In this document: in pieces, positions 16,295-24,342 of the stretch
Layout: each line of letters starts with the position of its first letter
Numbering within the stretch: the first letter of the stretch is position 1
Source of the DNA: Clostridia bacterium
Lineage (GTDB): Bacteria > Bacillota > Clostridia > Christensenellales > Aristaeellaceae
Direction of reading: 5' to 3'
Assembly: GCA_017534885.1 (NCBI GenBank)
Contig: JAFXVR010000029.1
Coordinates: forward strand, 6,245-70,244
DNA: 64,000 nucleotides
Notes under the pieces: generated by a model
What the model was told of the DNA's origin: nothing
What the model saw: the letters and a program-made list of their open reading frames with translations, nothing else
The model's database searches: none
Made by a program: the position numbers and the translations under genes

Positions 16295-16939
16295 ATGCGC
16301 ATCCTTTACCACGATGCCTCCCTCGCGGTGGCCGTCAAGCCCCCGGGGCTGATCTCCGAGCGCGGTGAGGGCGGACTGCCTTCGCTGCTGGCGGCGGAGC
16401 TTGGGCTGCGGGAGGACACGGTCTACCCCGTACACCGGCTGGACCGGGTGACGGGCGGGGTGATCGCCTACGCGCTGAACCCCGCCGCCGCCGCAGCCCT
16501 GTCCGCCGCGATTCAGGCGCATCAGATGAAAAAGACCTACCTGGCCGTGGCCATGGGCGCCCCGGAGGCTGAGACGGGCGAGTGGCGCGATCTCCTCTTC
16601 TGGGACAGCCGCCAGCGCAGGGCTTTTGTGGTGAAGCGTCCGCGCCGGGGTGTGCACGAGGCCGTGCTGACCTTTGAGCGCCTGGCCGAAACGGACGGTC
16701 TGTCCCTGCTGAAGCTGGAGCCCCTCACCGGGCGCACGCATCAGATTCGTGTCCAGTGCGCCAGCCGCGGCCTGCCCCTCTGGGGGGATCGCCCCTATGG
16801 CGCGAAAAAAGGCCAGTCCGCCGCCCTCTGGTGTCAGCGTCTGGCCTTTCCGCATCCGGTGACCGGGGAGGTTATGGCCTTTGAGGCCGGCCCGCCGGTG
16901 AGGGAAGAACCTTGGGAGATGTTTCGATGGAGCTATTAG
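16295..16939 (+). CDS. RluA-family pseudouridine synthase (no S4 domain)
   Basis: AAGGAGG RBS. Catalytic motif VHRLDRVTGGV, plus KTYLAV and the C-terminal GRTHQIRVQCA block typical of the RluA/RsuA superfamily. Confidence 0.8.
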   Translation: MRILYHDASLAVAVKPPGLISERGEGGLPSLLAAELGLREDTVYPVHRLDRVTGGVIAYALNPAAAAALSAAIQAHQMKKTYLAVAMGAPEAETGEWRDLLFWDSRQRRAFVVKRPRRGVHEAVLTFERLAETDGLSLLKLEPLTGRTHQIRVQCASRGLPLWGDRPYGAKKGQSAALWCQRLAFPHPVTGEVMAFEAGPPVREEPWEMFRWSY

Positions 16940-16984
16940 CTAGTATCTCCTGCACAAGAACCCACATCAGCGCATCACACAAAT

Positions 16985-17104
16985 GATTCGGATGTCAAAA
17001 GGCCGCTTTCATGAACTGAGCCACGACTGGTTGTGGAAGACAGCGGAAATCACCACAACCAGTCGTAGCTCCAAGGTTGAAAGCGCCCTTTTGTCACCCT
17101 TACC
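16985..17104. repeat. family B element (copy B3)
   Basis: Near-identical to B2 with one stem mismatch (GTCGTAGCTC). Confidence 0.9.
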
Positions 17105-17176
17105 ACAAATTGAGGATTTCAGGCCGCCACGGAGCACAGAATCATTTTTCCTGCGCGACTGAACAGTTACTTAGCT

Positions 17177-17296
17177 GATTCGGATGTCAAAAGGCCGCTT
17201 TCATGAACTGAGCCACGACTGGTTGTGGAAGACAGCGGAAATCACCACAACCAGTCGTGGCTCCAAGGTTGAAAGCGCCCTTTTGTCACCCTTACC
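17177..17296. repeat. family B element (copy B4)
   Basis: Identical in its core to B2. It is a direct repeat of B3, 72 bp away, between two convergent gene ends. Confidence 0.9.
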
Positions 17297-17328
17297 TTAG
17301 CTTTTAGCTGACAGCTAATCGCTAACCG

Positions 17329-19416
17329 CTATTCCCCCAGATCATACCACCCGGTATTGATAATGATCTGCTCCTCCCCATCGCTCACCACCACAAACAC
17401 ACAGAATCTCCCCGAGTACCCCGGTGTCATGGCGGTGCGCCACTCATCGGAATAGTAATAGTTCACAGGATTGGAATCCGTGTCATAGCAGTTGTAGGCG
17501 TAGGTGTACTGGCCGGTGCCGCCGCTGACTGTGGGGCGGTTGATGAAGATGGAGCGGCCGTCGGGGCTGATCTCGCTGACAGCCACCTGCTCCTGCACGG
17601 TCAGGGGCTGGGCCTCATAGCCGGTCAGGTCGAGCCAGCCGGTGTCGATCTGCACCTGGGCCCCGGCGCTGTCCCTCACCACCACGAACACATTGAAGCG
17701 GCCGTTGTACCCGGGGGTCATGGCGGTGCGGGCGTCGTTGGAATAGTAGTAGTTGACGGGATTGGAGTCCGCGTCGTAGCAGTTGTAGGCGATGGTGTAG
17801 GGCGCGACGCCGCCGCTGATGGTCGGCTTGTCAATGAAGATGGACTTTTTGTCCGGGCTGATCTCGTGCACGGCCTCGGTCTCGGTGACGGTCAGGAGCT
17901 CCAGCTCTTCGGTATCGCCCTCCGTCACGGTGACTTTCACATACTTGACGGTGTAGGCCAGGGCAATGTAGCCGTCCTCCGTCTCGGCGTAGATTTGCAT
18001 GGAGACGCCGAAGCGGAATTCTCCGCACTTGCGGAAGACCACCTTGTAGGACATGTCGCCCCACTCGGAGGAGAGATCATTCACGATGCAGGAATAGGGG
18101 TCGTCCTCCGGCGCGTGATAGTTTGCGGTAAGCTGAATGTCCGGGTGCGACCAGTCCGGCGGATCGGGCTCCACGTCCACAAACCAGCTTTCACCCAGCT
18201 CCAGCTGAATGGCGTCGGGCACACCGCCCACGCCCAGCTCTCCCAGGGGAACGCCGTCATAGGGCAGGACGGTCATCCGGACCGGGATCTCGGCCCTTGC
18301 GCTGCCCCAGGTGAGGGTCAGCACGTCCTCATAGGTACCGGCGCTGTCGGCCGGCATGGTCCAGTAATCATCCATCCCTTCCCAGCGGGGACTCACAAAG
18401 AGGATGCTGGAGCTTTCCACATTGGCTTCAAACCAGATTTTGCCGCCGGTGCCGCGGAAGCTGGCGGTCATCTGCCCGCCATAAGCTTCCCGCAGGTTCT
18501 GGCCGTTGAGGATCTCAATATAGTGGTCATGGGCGTCCTGGGCGGTCTCGTAGGTCGTCCAGCTCAGGGCGTCCCGGCGCAGGATGAACTCGTTTTCGAG
18601 GGGCTTGTCCGCGACCTCCACATGTGCGTCCTGGCTGACTGTGAAGGCGATCCTGTCCGTGCCGTTGTACGTGCTCCAGGCCAGGAGGGAGAAGGTGAGG
18701 TCATAGCTGCCCGGCTTGGTGAACCAGAAGCTGATCTTCCGGTTGTCGACCCATTCGGTTTCCACATCGTCGTAGGCGCTGCTGTCCTCAAAGCCGACAC
18801 TGCTGTACAGCGTGAGGCCATCGAAAGCCCAGTCCGGCGGATTGGGGGCCACATCGACCTCCCACTTTTCGCCCACGGTCAGGTTCACCGATTCCGGCAC
18901 GCCGCTCAGTCCGGTGGGCATGCCGCAGTCGTACACCGTGGCGATGATGGGCAGGACTCGGGTGAGGGGGCCCCAGGTGATGGTGATCTCCGCAAAATGC
19001 TCGCCCGCGGACTCCCGGGGGAGGTTCTGGCCCTCCTGCCAGCGGTCGCTCACCAGCCTGGCCTCGATAAAGCACCTTTCCAGGTCCGGGTTGACGCGGA
19101 CAGCCACATCAAACTCGAAGAAGCCGCCCGTTCTGGTGACGGTGACGGTGGGCTCCCCGCCGTACGCCTTCTTCAGCGCGGTGTAGTTGGTGATCTCGTC
19201 GCCCTGCAGATAGTTTTCGTCCGACGTGGTGAAGAAGACGTCGTCCATGGACCCGCGGAGCAGGTAGATCTGATCTGCGCTGCGCTTGAGGTCCTCCTCG
19301 GCCTCCGCCTCAATCTCGTCCATCAGGGCGTCCATCAGGGAGTTTTCCGCCGCGGCAAAGGCGGTCAGCGCCATCAGCAGCAGCATGGAAAGAATCAGCG
19401 CCAGCAGTTTCTTCAT
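17329..19416 (-). CDS. secreted multi-domain surface protein, inverted paralog of 13729..15918
   Basis: AAGGAG RBS and signal peptide MKKLLALILSMLLLMALTAFAAA. The acidic helix is SLMDALMDEIEAEAEED. It has the same architecture as 13729..15918 but lacks the PE/PT linker. The last ~190 aa are nearly identical to that gene. Confidence 0.75.
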   Translation of the reverse strand: MKKLLALILSMLLLMALTAFAAAENSLMDALMDEIEAEAEEDLKRSADQIYLLRGSMDDVFFTTSDENYLQGDEITNYTALKKAYGGEPTVTVTRTGGFFEFDVAVRVNPDLERCFIEARLVSDRWQEGQNLPRESAGEHFAEITITWGPLTRVLPIIATVYDCGMPTGLSGVPESVNLTVGEKWEVDVAPNPPDWAFDGLTLYSSVGFEDSSAYDDVETEWVDNRKISFWFTKPGSYDLTFSLLAWSTYNGTDRIAFTVSQDAHVEVADKPLENEFILRRDALSWTTYETAQDAHDHYIEILNGQNLREAYGGQMTASFRGTGGKIWFEANVESSSILFVSPRWEGMDDYWTMPADSAGTYEDVLTLTWGSARAEIPVRMTVLPYDGVPLGELGVGGVPDAIQLELGESWFVDVEPDPPDWSHPDIQLTANYHAPEDDPYSCIVNDLSSEWGDMSYKVVFRKCGEFRFGVSMQIYAETEDGYIALAYTVKYVKVTVTEGDTEELELLTVTETEAVHEISPDKKSIFIDKPTISGGVAPYTIAYNCYDADSNPVNYYYSNDARTAMTPGYNGRFNVFVVVRDSAGAQVQIDTGWLDLTGYEAQPLTVQEQVAVSEISPDGRSIFINRPTVSGGTGQYTYAYNCYDTDSNPVNYYYSDEWRTAMTPGYSGRFCVFVVVSDGEEQIIINTGWYDLGE

Positions 19417-19590
19417 GGTGGCCGGCTCCTTTTTGATTTAATTGGGGTATATTCATTTCCACAGCTATCAGTATAATAAAGAGGATGGTTTTCGTCAAGA
19501 ACCGGATCACGGTTTTTTGGGACGGATTGACAGGTATGGATCGGGTCATCCATAGGTTTGTAAGCGATTGCCCTTTCCGGACGCCCTCCC

Positions 19591-19619
19591 TTGTCCGCTG
19601 ATGCGCTTTATGATATACT
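19591..19619 (+). promoter_or_regulatory. candidate sigma-A promoter upstream of the MATE gene
   Basis: TTGTCC (19591-19596), a 17-nt spacer, then TATACT (19614-19619). Confidence 0.35.
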
Positions 19620-19668
19620 GAATCCGGCAGCCATCTGTTTGTCATATGTGCGGATAGGAGGCAAGATC

Positions 19669-19836
19669 ATGTCAAGACTTCAAAGGCTCCTGACCCTGCC
19701 CGGTCGTCTGGACGGCCAGCCGGTGACGGGGATCGGGAATGAGGCCTTTCCAAACTCAACTACACCCTCCGCGAAAATTACTGAGCTGACCGGCTGCCGA
19801 GGTGCGCATGAAACGCTTGTCCGAGAAAAACATTGA
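19669..19836 (+). pseudogene. possible N-terminal remnant of a BspA-type LRR gene (55-codon ORF running into the MATE start)
   Basis: AGGAGG RBS 7 nt upstream. The peptide MSRLQRLLTLPGRLDGQPVTGIGNEAF matches the LRR_5 unit consensus (LTLP....I...AF), then degenerates and overlaps the MATE gene out of frame. Confidence 0.25.
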
Positions 19837-21166
19837 CCTGATCCTGCGGGGGAGCCTGCCCCGGGCGGTGCTGGCCATCGCCCTGCCGGTGGTGATGTCC
19901 TCCTTCCTGCAGACCATGTACAACCTGACGGACACCTACTGGCTGGGGCAGATCGGCAAGGAGCCCCTGGCTGCCATCAACCTGGTGTCCCCGGTGCAGA
20001 GCATGGTGGTGTCCTTCGGCTCGGGGCTGACCGTGGCCGGATCGGTGCTGATCTCCCAGCTGATCGGGGCCGGGCGGCGGCGGGACGCGGCAAAAATGCT
20101 CAGCCAGCTCTACGCCTGCGCGCTGATCTTTTCGGTGACCTGCGCCGCCGCCGTCGCCCTGCTGACCCCCGCCCTCGTTGGCTGGCTGGGCGCGGAGGGA
20201 CCCACGGCCAGGTACGCGGTGGATTACCTGCGGCTGGTCATCTGCGATATGCCCTTTCTCTTCACGCTGAATATCTACCAGTCCTCCCGCCAGGCCCAGG
20301 GGGACACGGTGCGGCCCATGCTGCTGAACCTGCTGGGCATTCTCATCAACATGGCCCTCGATCCCCTGCTGATGGTCACCCTCGGCCTGGAGGCCACCGG
20401 CGCGGCCCTGGCGACCCTCGCGGCCAAGGCGGTGCCGGCCTGCGCGGCGCTGTACGGCCTTACGGACCGGAAGGCTGAGCTGCGGGTGGAGCGCAAACTT
20501 TGGAAGCCTGAGGGCGATACCCTGCGGAAGATCGTCCGCATCGGCCTGCCCACAGCCGTCGGCGGCAGCGCCATGCAGCTGGGCTTTCTGCTGATGAGCC
20601 GCTCCGTGCTGGCCTACGGCACCAACGCCATGGCCGCCTACGGCATCGGCAACAAAGTCAACGGCCTGATCTCCCTGCCATCCAACGGGGTGGGCTCGGC
20701 CGTGGCCACCATCGCCGGGCAGAACATCGGCGCCAACCAGCCCGAGCGCGCCGACAGGGGCTTCCGGGTCAGCGCCGCGGGCATCACCCTCTTTCTGCTG
20801 ATCGGCGGCTTCATCGTCTCCCGCCCGGCCGTATCGACCGCCCTGGTCTCCCTCTTTTCCACCGATCCCAACGTCATTGCCCTCGCCGCCGACTTTCTCT
20901 CCCTGATGGCCTTCTGGTGCTGGTGCAACGGGGTGTACAACTGCGCCACCGGCCTCTTCCAGGGCGCCGGCCACACCGAGGTCACCATGCTCTCCGATGC
21001 CGCCCGCCTCTGGGTCTACCGCTTCGCCACCCTCTGGTTCTGCTCCTCCGTCCTGCATCTGGGCGTCCGCAGCGTCTGGCTCTCCGTGGTCATCTCCAAC
21101 GCCATCGCCGCCGCGGTGATGGTGGGGATGTACTTTTCGGGAAGGTGGAGGAGGAAGGTCGTCTGA
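19808..21166 (+). CDS. MATE-family efflux transporter
   Basis: N-terminus LPRAVLAIALPVVMSSFLQTMYNLTDTYWLGQIG is typical of MATE/NorM, and the protein is a 12-TM-like hydrophobic ~450-aa protein. I prefer the ATG at 19808 over the GTG at 19802. Confidence 0.85.
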   Translation: MKRLSEKNIDLILRGSLPRAVLAIALPVVMSSFLQTMYNLTDTYWLGQIGKEPLAAINLVSPVQSMVVSFGSGLTVAGSVLISQLIGAGRRRDAAKMLSQLYACALIFSVTCAAAVALLTPALVGWLGAEGPTARYAVDYLRLVICDMPFLFTLNIYQSSRQAQGDTVRPMLLNLLGILINMALDPLLMVTLGLEATGAALATLAAKAVPACAALYGLTDRKAELRVERKLWKPEGDTLRKIVRIGLPTAVGGSAMQLGFLLMSRSVLAYGTNAMAAYGIGNKVNGLISLPSNGVGSAVATIAGQNIGANQPERADRGFRVSAAGITLFLLIGGFIVSRPAVSTALVSLFSTDPNVIALAADFLSLMAFWCWCNGVYNCATGLFQGAGHTEVTMLSDAARLWVYRFATLWFCSSVLHLGVRSVWLSVVISNAIAAAVMVGMYFSGRWRRKVV

Positions 21167-21299
21167 GCGGTCAGCGATTAGCTTTTAGCGATTAGCTGAA
21201 TACGGGGCTGGAGGTCTTCAACCTGCCAGCTCCCGTACCTAAGCTGACAGCTGAAAGCTCCACTATTATATATATTCTCTCCGTAGCAGTAGTAGGCCC

Positions 21300-21575
21300 T
21301 GTGGAAACTGTGGAAAACCGGGCGGGGGCCTTGAGATGGGCGGGTTTGGGCTGTGGACGGGGGTGTGCATGGATTGGGCTCAAATGTGGAAAACCGCCTC
21401 CTTTTCGGGGGGCGGTTTTTGAAGGGGGCGGTTAGAATACGGTATTTTGAGTCTCCGGCGGGCCGGGATGGGTGCTTTCACACATGCCTGCGCAGCGGGG
21501 TGGGGGATCAGGGGGCGGCTTATCCACAGGATTCACAGGCTGTGGACAGAAATGGCTGTGGACGGGTGTGGATTA
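21300..21575. promoter_or_regulatory. cluster of eight DnaA-box-like 9-mers
   Basis: TGTGGAAAC 21300, TGTGGAAAA 21309, TGTGGACGG 21352, TGTGGAAAA 21385, TTATCCACA 21520 (perfect consensus), TGTGGACAG 21541, TGTGGACGG 21557 and TGTGGATTA 21567. The AT-rich tract ACTATTATATATATTCT lies at 21262-21278. Confidence 0.35.
21390..21420. terminator. bidirectional rho-independent terminator-like hairpin
   Basis: AAAACCGCC-TCCTTTTCGGGG-GGCGGTTTTT. The 9-bp stem is flanked by an A-run and a T-run, in the gap between the convergent MATE and histidine-kinase genes. Confidence 0.55.
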
Positions 21576-22439
21576 CTCGCCCTTTGGGACCCAGCCCTCG
21601 AAGGTGGTGACGCTGTCCGCGCTGGTGACGCTGACGCCGCCGCCGTACTTCTCGAGGGTCTTCTGCACAATGAACAGCCCCATGCCGTGGCCGTCGCCCT
21701 TGGTGGTCATGCCGGCCTGGAAAATGTGCTCCAGCTTGTCCGGGGGGATCACCGGGCCGGTGTTGCTGACGCTGAAGCGGCAGGTGTGCAGGTCTTCAGA
21801 CAGGGTCAGGCTCAGCTGCCTTTCCTCCCGCGGAATCTCGCCCAGGGCGTCCAGCGCATTGTCCAGCAGGTTGGAGAGCACCTTGCACATCTCCCAGGCC
21901 GGCATGGTCAGCCGCTGCCAGTCTGAGCGGAAGGTCAGGTGCACGCTGATGCCCTGCTCCTCCGCCGCGGCGATCTTCAGCTGAAGCAGCGCGTTCACCG
22001 CGGGGCTCGCCGTCTTCATGACCCGGCTGACCGCAGAGATATCCCCGTACACCCGCTCGATGTACGCGTTGGCCTCCTCATACTCGCCCATTTCCATCAG
22101 GCTGTAGACCACCTGCAGGTGATTCAGAAAGTCGTGACGCTGGGCGCGCAGGGTGACGTTCAGCTTTTCGATGTCCTTCACCGTATCGCTCATGTCGTCC
22201 ACCTGCTCGATCAGCTGGCGTGACTGCAGCACGTCCCGGATGTCCAGCGCCGCGCCCGCGCCTACGATCACCGTCGCAAGCACCGCCAGCAGCCGCATCT
22301 CACTGCGCTGCCACCAGCTCTTCTCCCCGAAGATCACCAGCAGCAGGATCACCACCGACATCAGAACCTGCATGCTGTTGATCGTCACCGTGAACAGCGT
22401 GGCCTTCCTGACCTCAAGCTCATGCTTTGTGCCTCTCAT
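21573..22439 (-). CDS. orphan membrane sensor histidine kinase (SpoOB-type/DcuS-like His domain + GHKL ATPase)
   Basis: Two N-terminal TM helices. H-box LRAQRHDFLNHLQVVYSL, N-box LSNLLDNALDAL and G-box GDGHGMGLFIVQK. No response regulator in the window. No clear SD before the annotated ATG. Confidence 0.7.
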   Translation of the reverse strand: MRGTKHELEVRKATLFTVTINSMQVLMSVVILLLVIFGEKSWWQRSEMRLLAVLATVIVGAGAALDIRDVLQSRQLIEQVDDMSDTVKDIEKLNVTLRAQRHDFLNHLQVVYSLMEMGEYEEANAYIERVYGDISAVSRVMKTASPAVNALLQLKIAAAEEQGISVHLTFRSDWQRLTMPAWEMCKVLSNLLDNALDALGEIPREERQLSLTLSEDLHTCRFSVSNTGPVIPPDKLEHIFQAGMTTKGDGHGMGLFIVQKTLEKYGGGVSVTSADSVTTFEGWVPKGE

Positions 22440-22451
22440 TGCTTGCGATCC

Positions 22452-22535
22452 TGGGGGGAAGGGAAACCCCTTCTTGAAAGAAGGGGTTTCCCTTCCCCCC
22501 AGACCCCCTATCCTTTCCTCAAGAACTTTTACCGA
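22452..22535. repeat. family D long-hairpin element (copy D1), directly upstream of the histidine-kinase start
   Basis: GGGGGGAAGGGAAACCCCTTCTTGAAAGAAGGGGTTTCCCTTCCCCCC (stem of about 22 bp) followed by AGACCCCCTATCCTTTCCTCAAGAACTTTTACCGA. Confidence 0.85.
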
Positions 22536-22574
22536 TTTTATTCTTCATTATTCATTATTCATTTATACTATTTG

Positions 22575-24029
22575 TCATCCTTTATACAGTAACAGCCTTG
22601 GCGGCTCTCCCCTGTTCCACACGGCCTTGACCAATCTGTCCTCCCGCTGATTGACAATATAGGGATACACTCCCTGTCTTGCTCCCTGGGGGGCGAGGGC
22701 GGTGTGGGCGTTCAGGGCGATGTCGGCCATGGTTTTCAGCGTGGCCTCGGCGCCGATGGTATGGAAGACCTCCCAGATCACCCGCTCGTCCTCGGCGATC
22801 CTCGCGCCGTTCAGGGGCTGACCGGTGATGGATACCCCGGCGGCGTAGCACATGCGGATCAGCGTGTTCAGCAGGGTGGAGAGGGTGTCCTCCTCGGCCT
22901 GGGTCAGCAGCTTATACATGGACCAGTCCGGGTTCAGCAGGCCGATGGCGCCGAGGCGGGTGGGATCGGCGGTGGTCTTCAGCGCGCAGAGCAGGGCGAT
23001 GACCGTCTCGATGCACCGGCCTGTGTTCTGCATCCGGCTGAGGATTCTCCGGGCCTGCATCCTCTCCGCAACCGCCTGCTCATCCCTGGGCCAGGCGTAG
23101 CAGGTTTTCCGCAGCTCCTCGTCAGCGCGGAAGAAGAGGCAGAGGCCCAGGTGCTTCTGGGAGCCCATCTTCGGCACCACATCATCAGTGGACAACACGT
23201 GGTACAGCGGGTATTCCGCGGGATCCCTGACCGTCTCCGCCCGGCAGACCGTAGGTGAGGCCAGGCCCACACCCACCATGTTTTCCGCCCGGACGCCCGC
23301 GGCCATGCGCCTTGCCGCCCAGATCTGCATCACGGCCGCGCCCTGGCTGTGCCCGGAAAGCCAGATCCGGAAGCGGCTGTCCTCCCCGGCGCACTCCTCC
23401 AGCACGTCCCTCAGGGTCAGCCTGGACATGCCCAGCCGCCGGGCGGTCTCCGGGAAGGCAATCAGCCCCTCCCGCGCCTCAAACTGCTCCGTCAGCTGCA
23501 GGAAGCCCTGATGCCAGCCCTGGTCGGTGGACATGCGCAGGTTGGACAGCCAGTCCGCCAGGCGCTGGGTGGTGCCCATGAAGCTGATGGCCAGCACCCA
23601 CCGGCCTTCCGCCGCCTCGTGCATCATCACCACGGCCTTGACCGTGTCGCTGACGCGCAGTCCCTTCAGCGTGCCGATGGCCTCGCTCAGAGGGTCGCGC
23701 CGGTTGATCCTCGCCCGCAGCAGGTCCAGCTTGGCCGCATTGGTGATCTGCACCCAGGGGTCTTCCCTCTGGCCCTGGATGCCGCCCATCAGCAGCTCGT
23801 CCACTTCCACGGACACGTCCTGCCAGCCCGCGTTCAGCCAGTTTTCCAGGTCCAGCGAGTAGGTCGCCCCGGCCAGCTCTGCGCTCATCCTGAGCAGCTC
23901 CCGGTTCATCCCCGGCCTCAGAAAACCGCCCGCCTCCCGCGCCGGGGGCAGGGTGAGGCAGTCCGTCCGGTCCAGCCTGACGCCGGTTTCCGGGCCGATG
24001 TACACCTTGTCCGTCATGCTTGTGTTCAT
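22575..24029 (-). CDS. cytoplasmic lipase-like serine hydrolase (class-3 lipase / DUF2974-like), function unknown
   Basis: Nucleophile elbow WLSGHSQGAAVMQIWA in an alpha/beta context and no signal peptide. The start overlaps the stop of 24026..24244 (ATGA). Confidence 0.5.
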   Translation of the reverse strand: MNTSMTDKVYIGPETGVRLDRTDCLTLPPAREAGGFLRPGMNRELLRMSAELAGATYSLDLENWLNAGWQDVSVEVDELLMGGIQGQREDPWVQITNAAKLDLLRARINRRDPLSEAIGTLKGLRVSDTVKAVVMMHEAAEGRWVLAISFMGTTQRLADWLSNLRMSTDQGWHQGFLQLTEQFEAREGLIAFPETARRLGMSRLTLRDVLEECAGEDSRFRIWLSGHSQGAAVMQIWAARRMAAGVRAENMVGVGLASPTVCRAETVRDPAEYPLYHVLSTDDVVPKMGSQKHLGLCLFFRADEELRKTCYAWPRDEQAVAERMQARRILSRMQNTGRCIETVIALLCALKTTADPTRLGAIGLLNPDWSMYKLLTQAEEDTLSTLLNTLIRMCYAAGVSITGQPLNGARIAEDERVIWEVFHTIGAEATLKTMADIALNAHTALAPQGARQGVYPYIVNQREDRLVKAVWNRGEPPRLLLYKG

Positions 24030-24244
24030 GGCTCCAGGCCCTCGTCCTTCTTGATATAGTCCGCCGCGAGGATGTCTTCCGGGCGCAGGGTCAGGGTCTT
24101 TTTGGGCCGGCGGCAGTCTAAGGTGATGGCCTCGTCCGTCCGCTGGGTGACGGTGGCGGTCACCTGCTTCAGGCTTCCGCTGATCATCAGCATCAGGCGG
24201 ATGGGGCGCTGCTTCTCATAGGAATAGCGGAGAAATCGCTCCAT
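24026..24244 (-). CDS. small (72 aa) hypothetical protein, translationally coupled to the lipase-like gene
   Basis: Track ORF trimmed to MERFLRYSYEKQRPIRLMLM... because the upstream 34 codons lie inside repeat C3. There is a 4-nt ATGA overlap with the downstream gene. Confidence 0.4.
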   Translation of the reverse strand: MERFLRYSYEKQRPIRLMLMISGSLKQVTATVTQRTDEAITLDCRRPKKTLTLRPEDILAADYIKKDEGLEP

Positions 24245-24265
24245 GTGGATGACCTTTCTGTTGAG

Positions 24266-24332
24266 CAGGGGGTTTCGCGTCTGCGGACGCGACCAGGGGG
24301 CTTTGCGATCGTCCTTGGAAACCTTCGGGCCC
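24266..24332. repeat. family C element (copy C3, short form, reverse)
   Basis: CAGGGGGTTTCGCGTCTGCGGACGCGACCAGGGGGCTTTGCGATCGTCC...CGGGCCC, between the membrane-protein stop and the small-ORF start. Confidence 0.75.
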
Positions 24333-24342
24333 ATGCGGAAAT

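Noticed and set aside
21262-21575. The DnaA-box cluster as the chromosomal replication origin (oriC).
   Set aside because: There is no dnaA, dnaN or other origin-linked gene in the window. Genes to the right of the site (21.5-39.6 kb) are all on the minus strand, which is the opposite of the co-orientation expected downstream of an origin. I kept it only as a DnaA-box cluster of unknown role.
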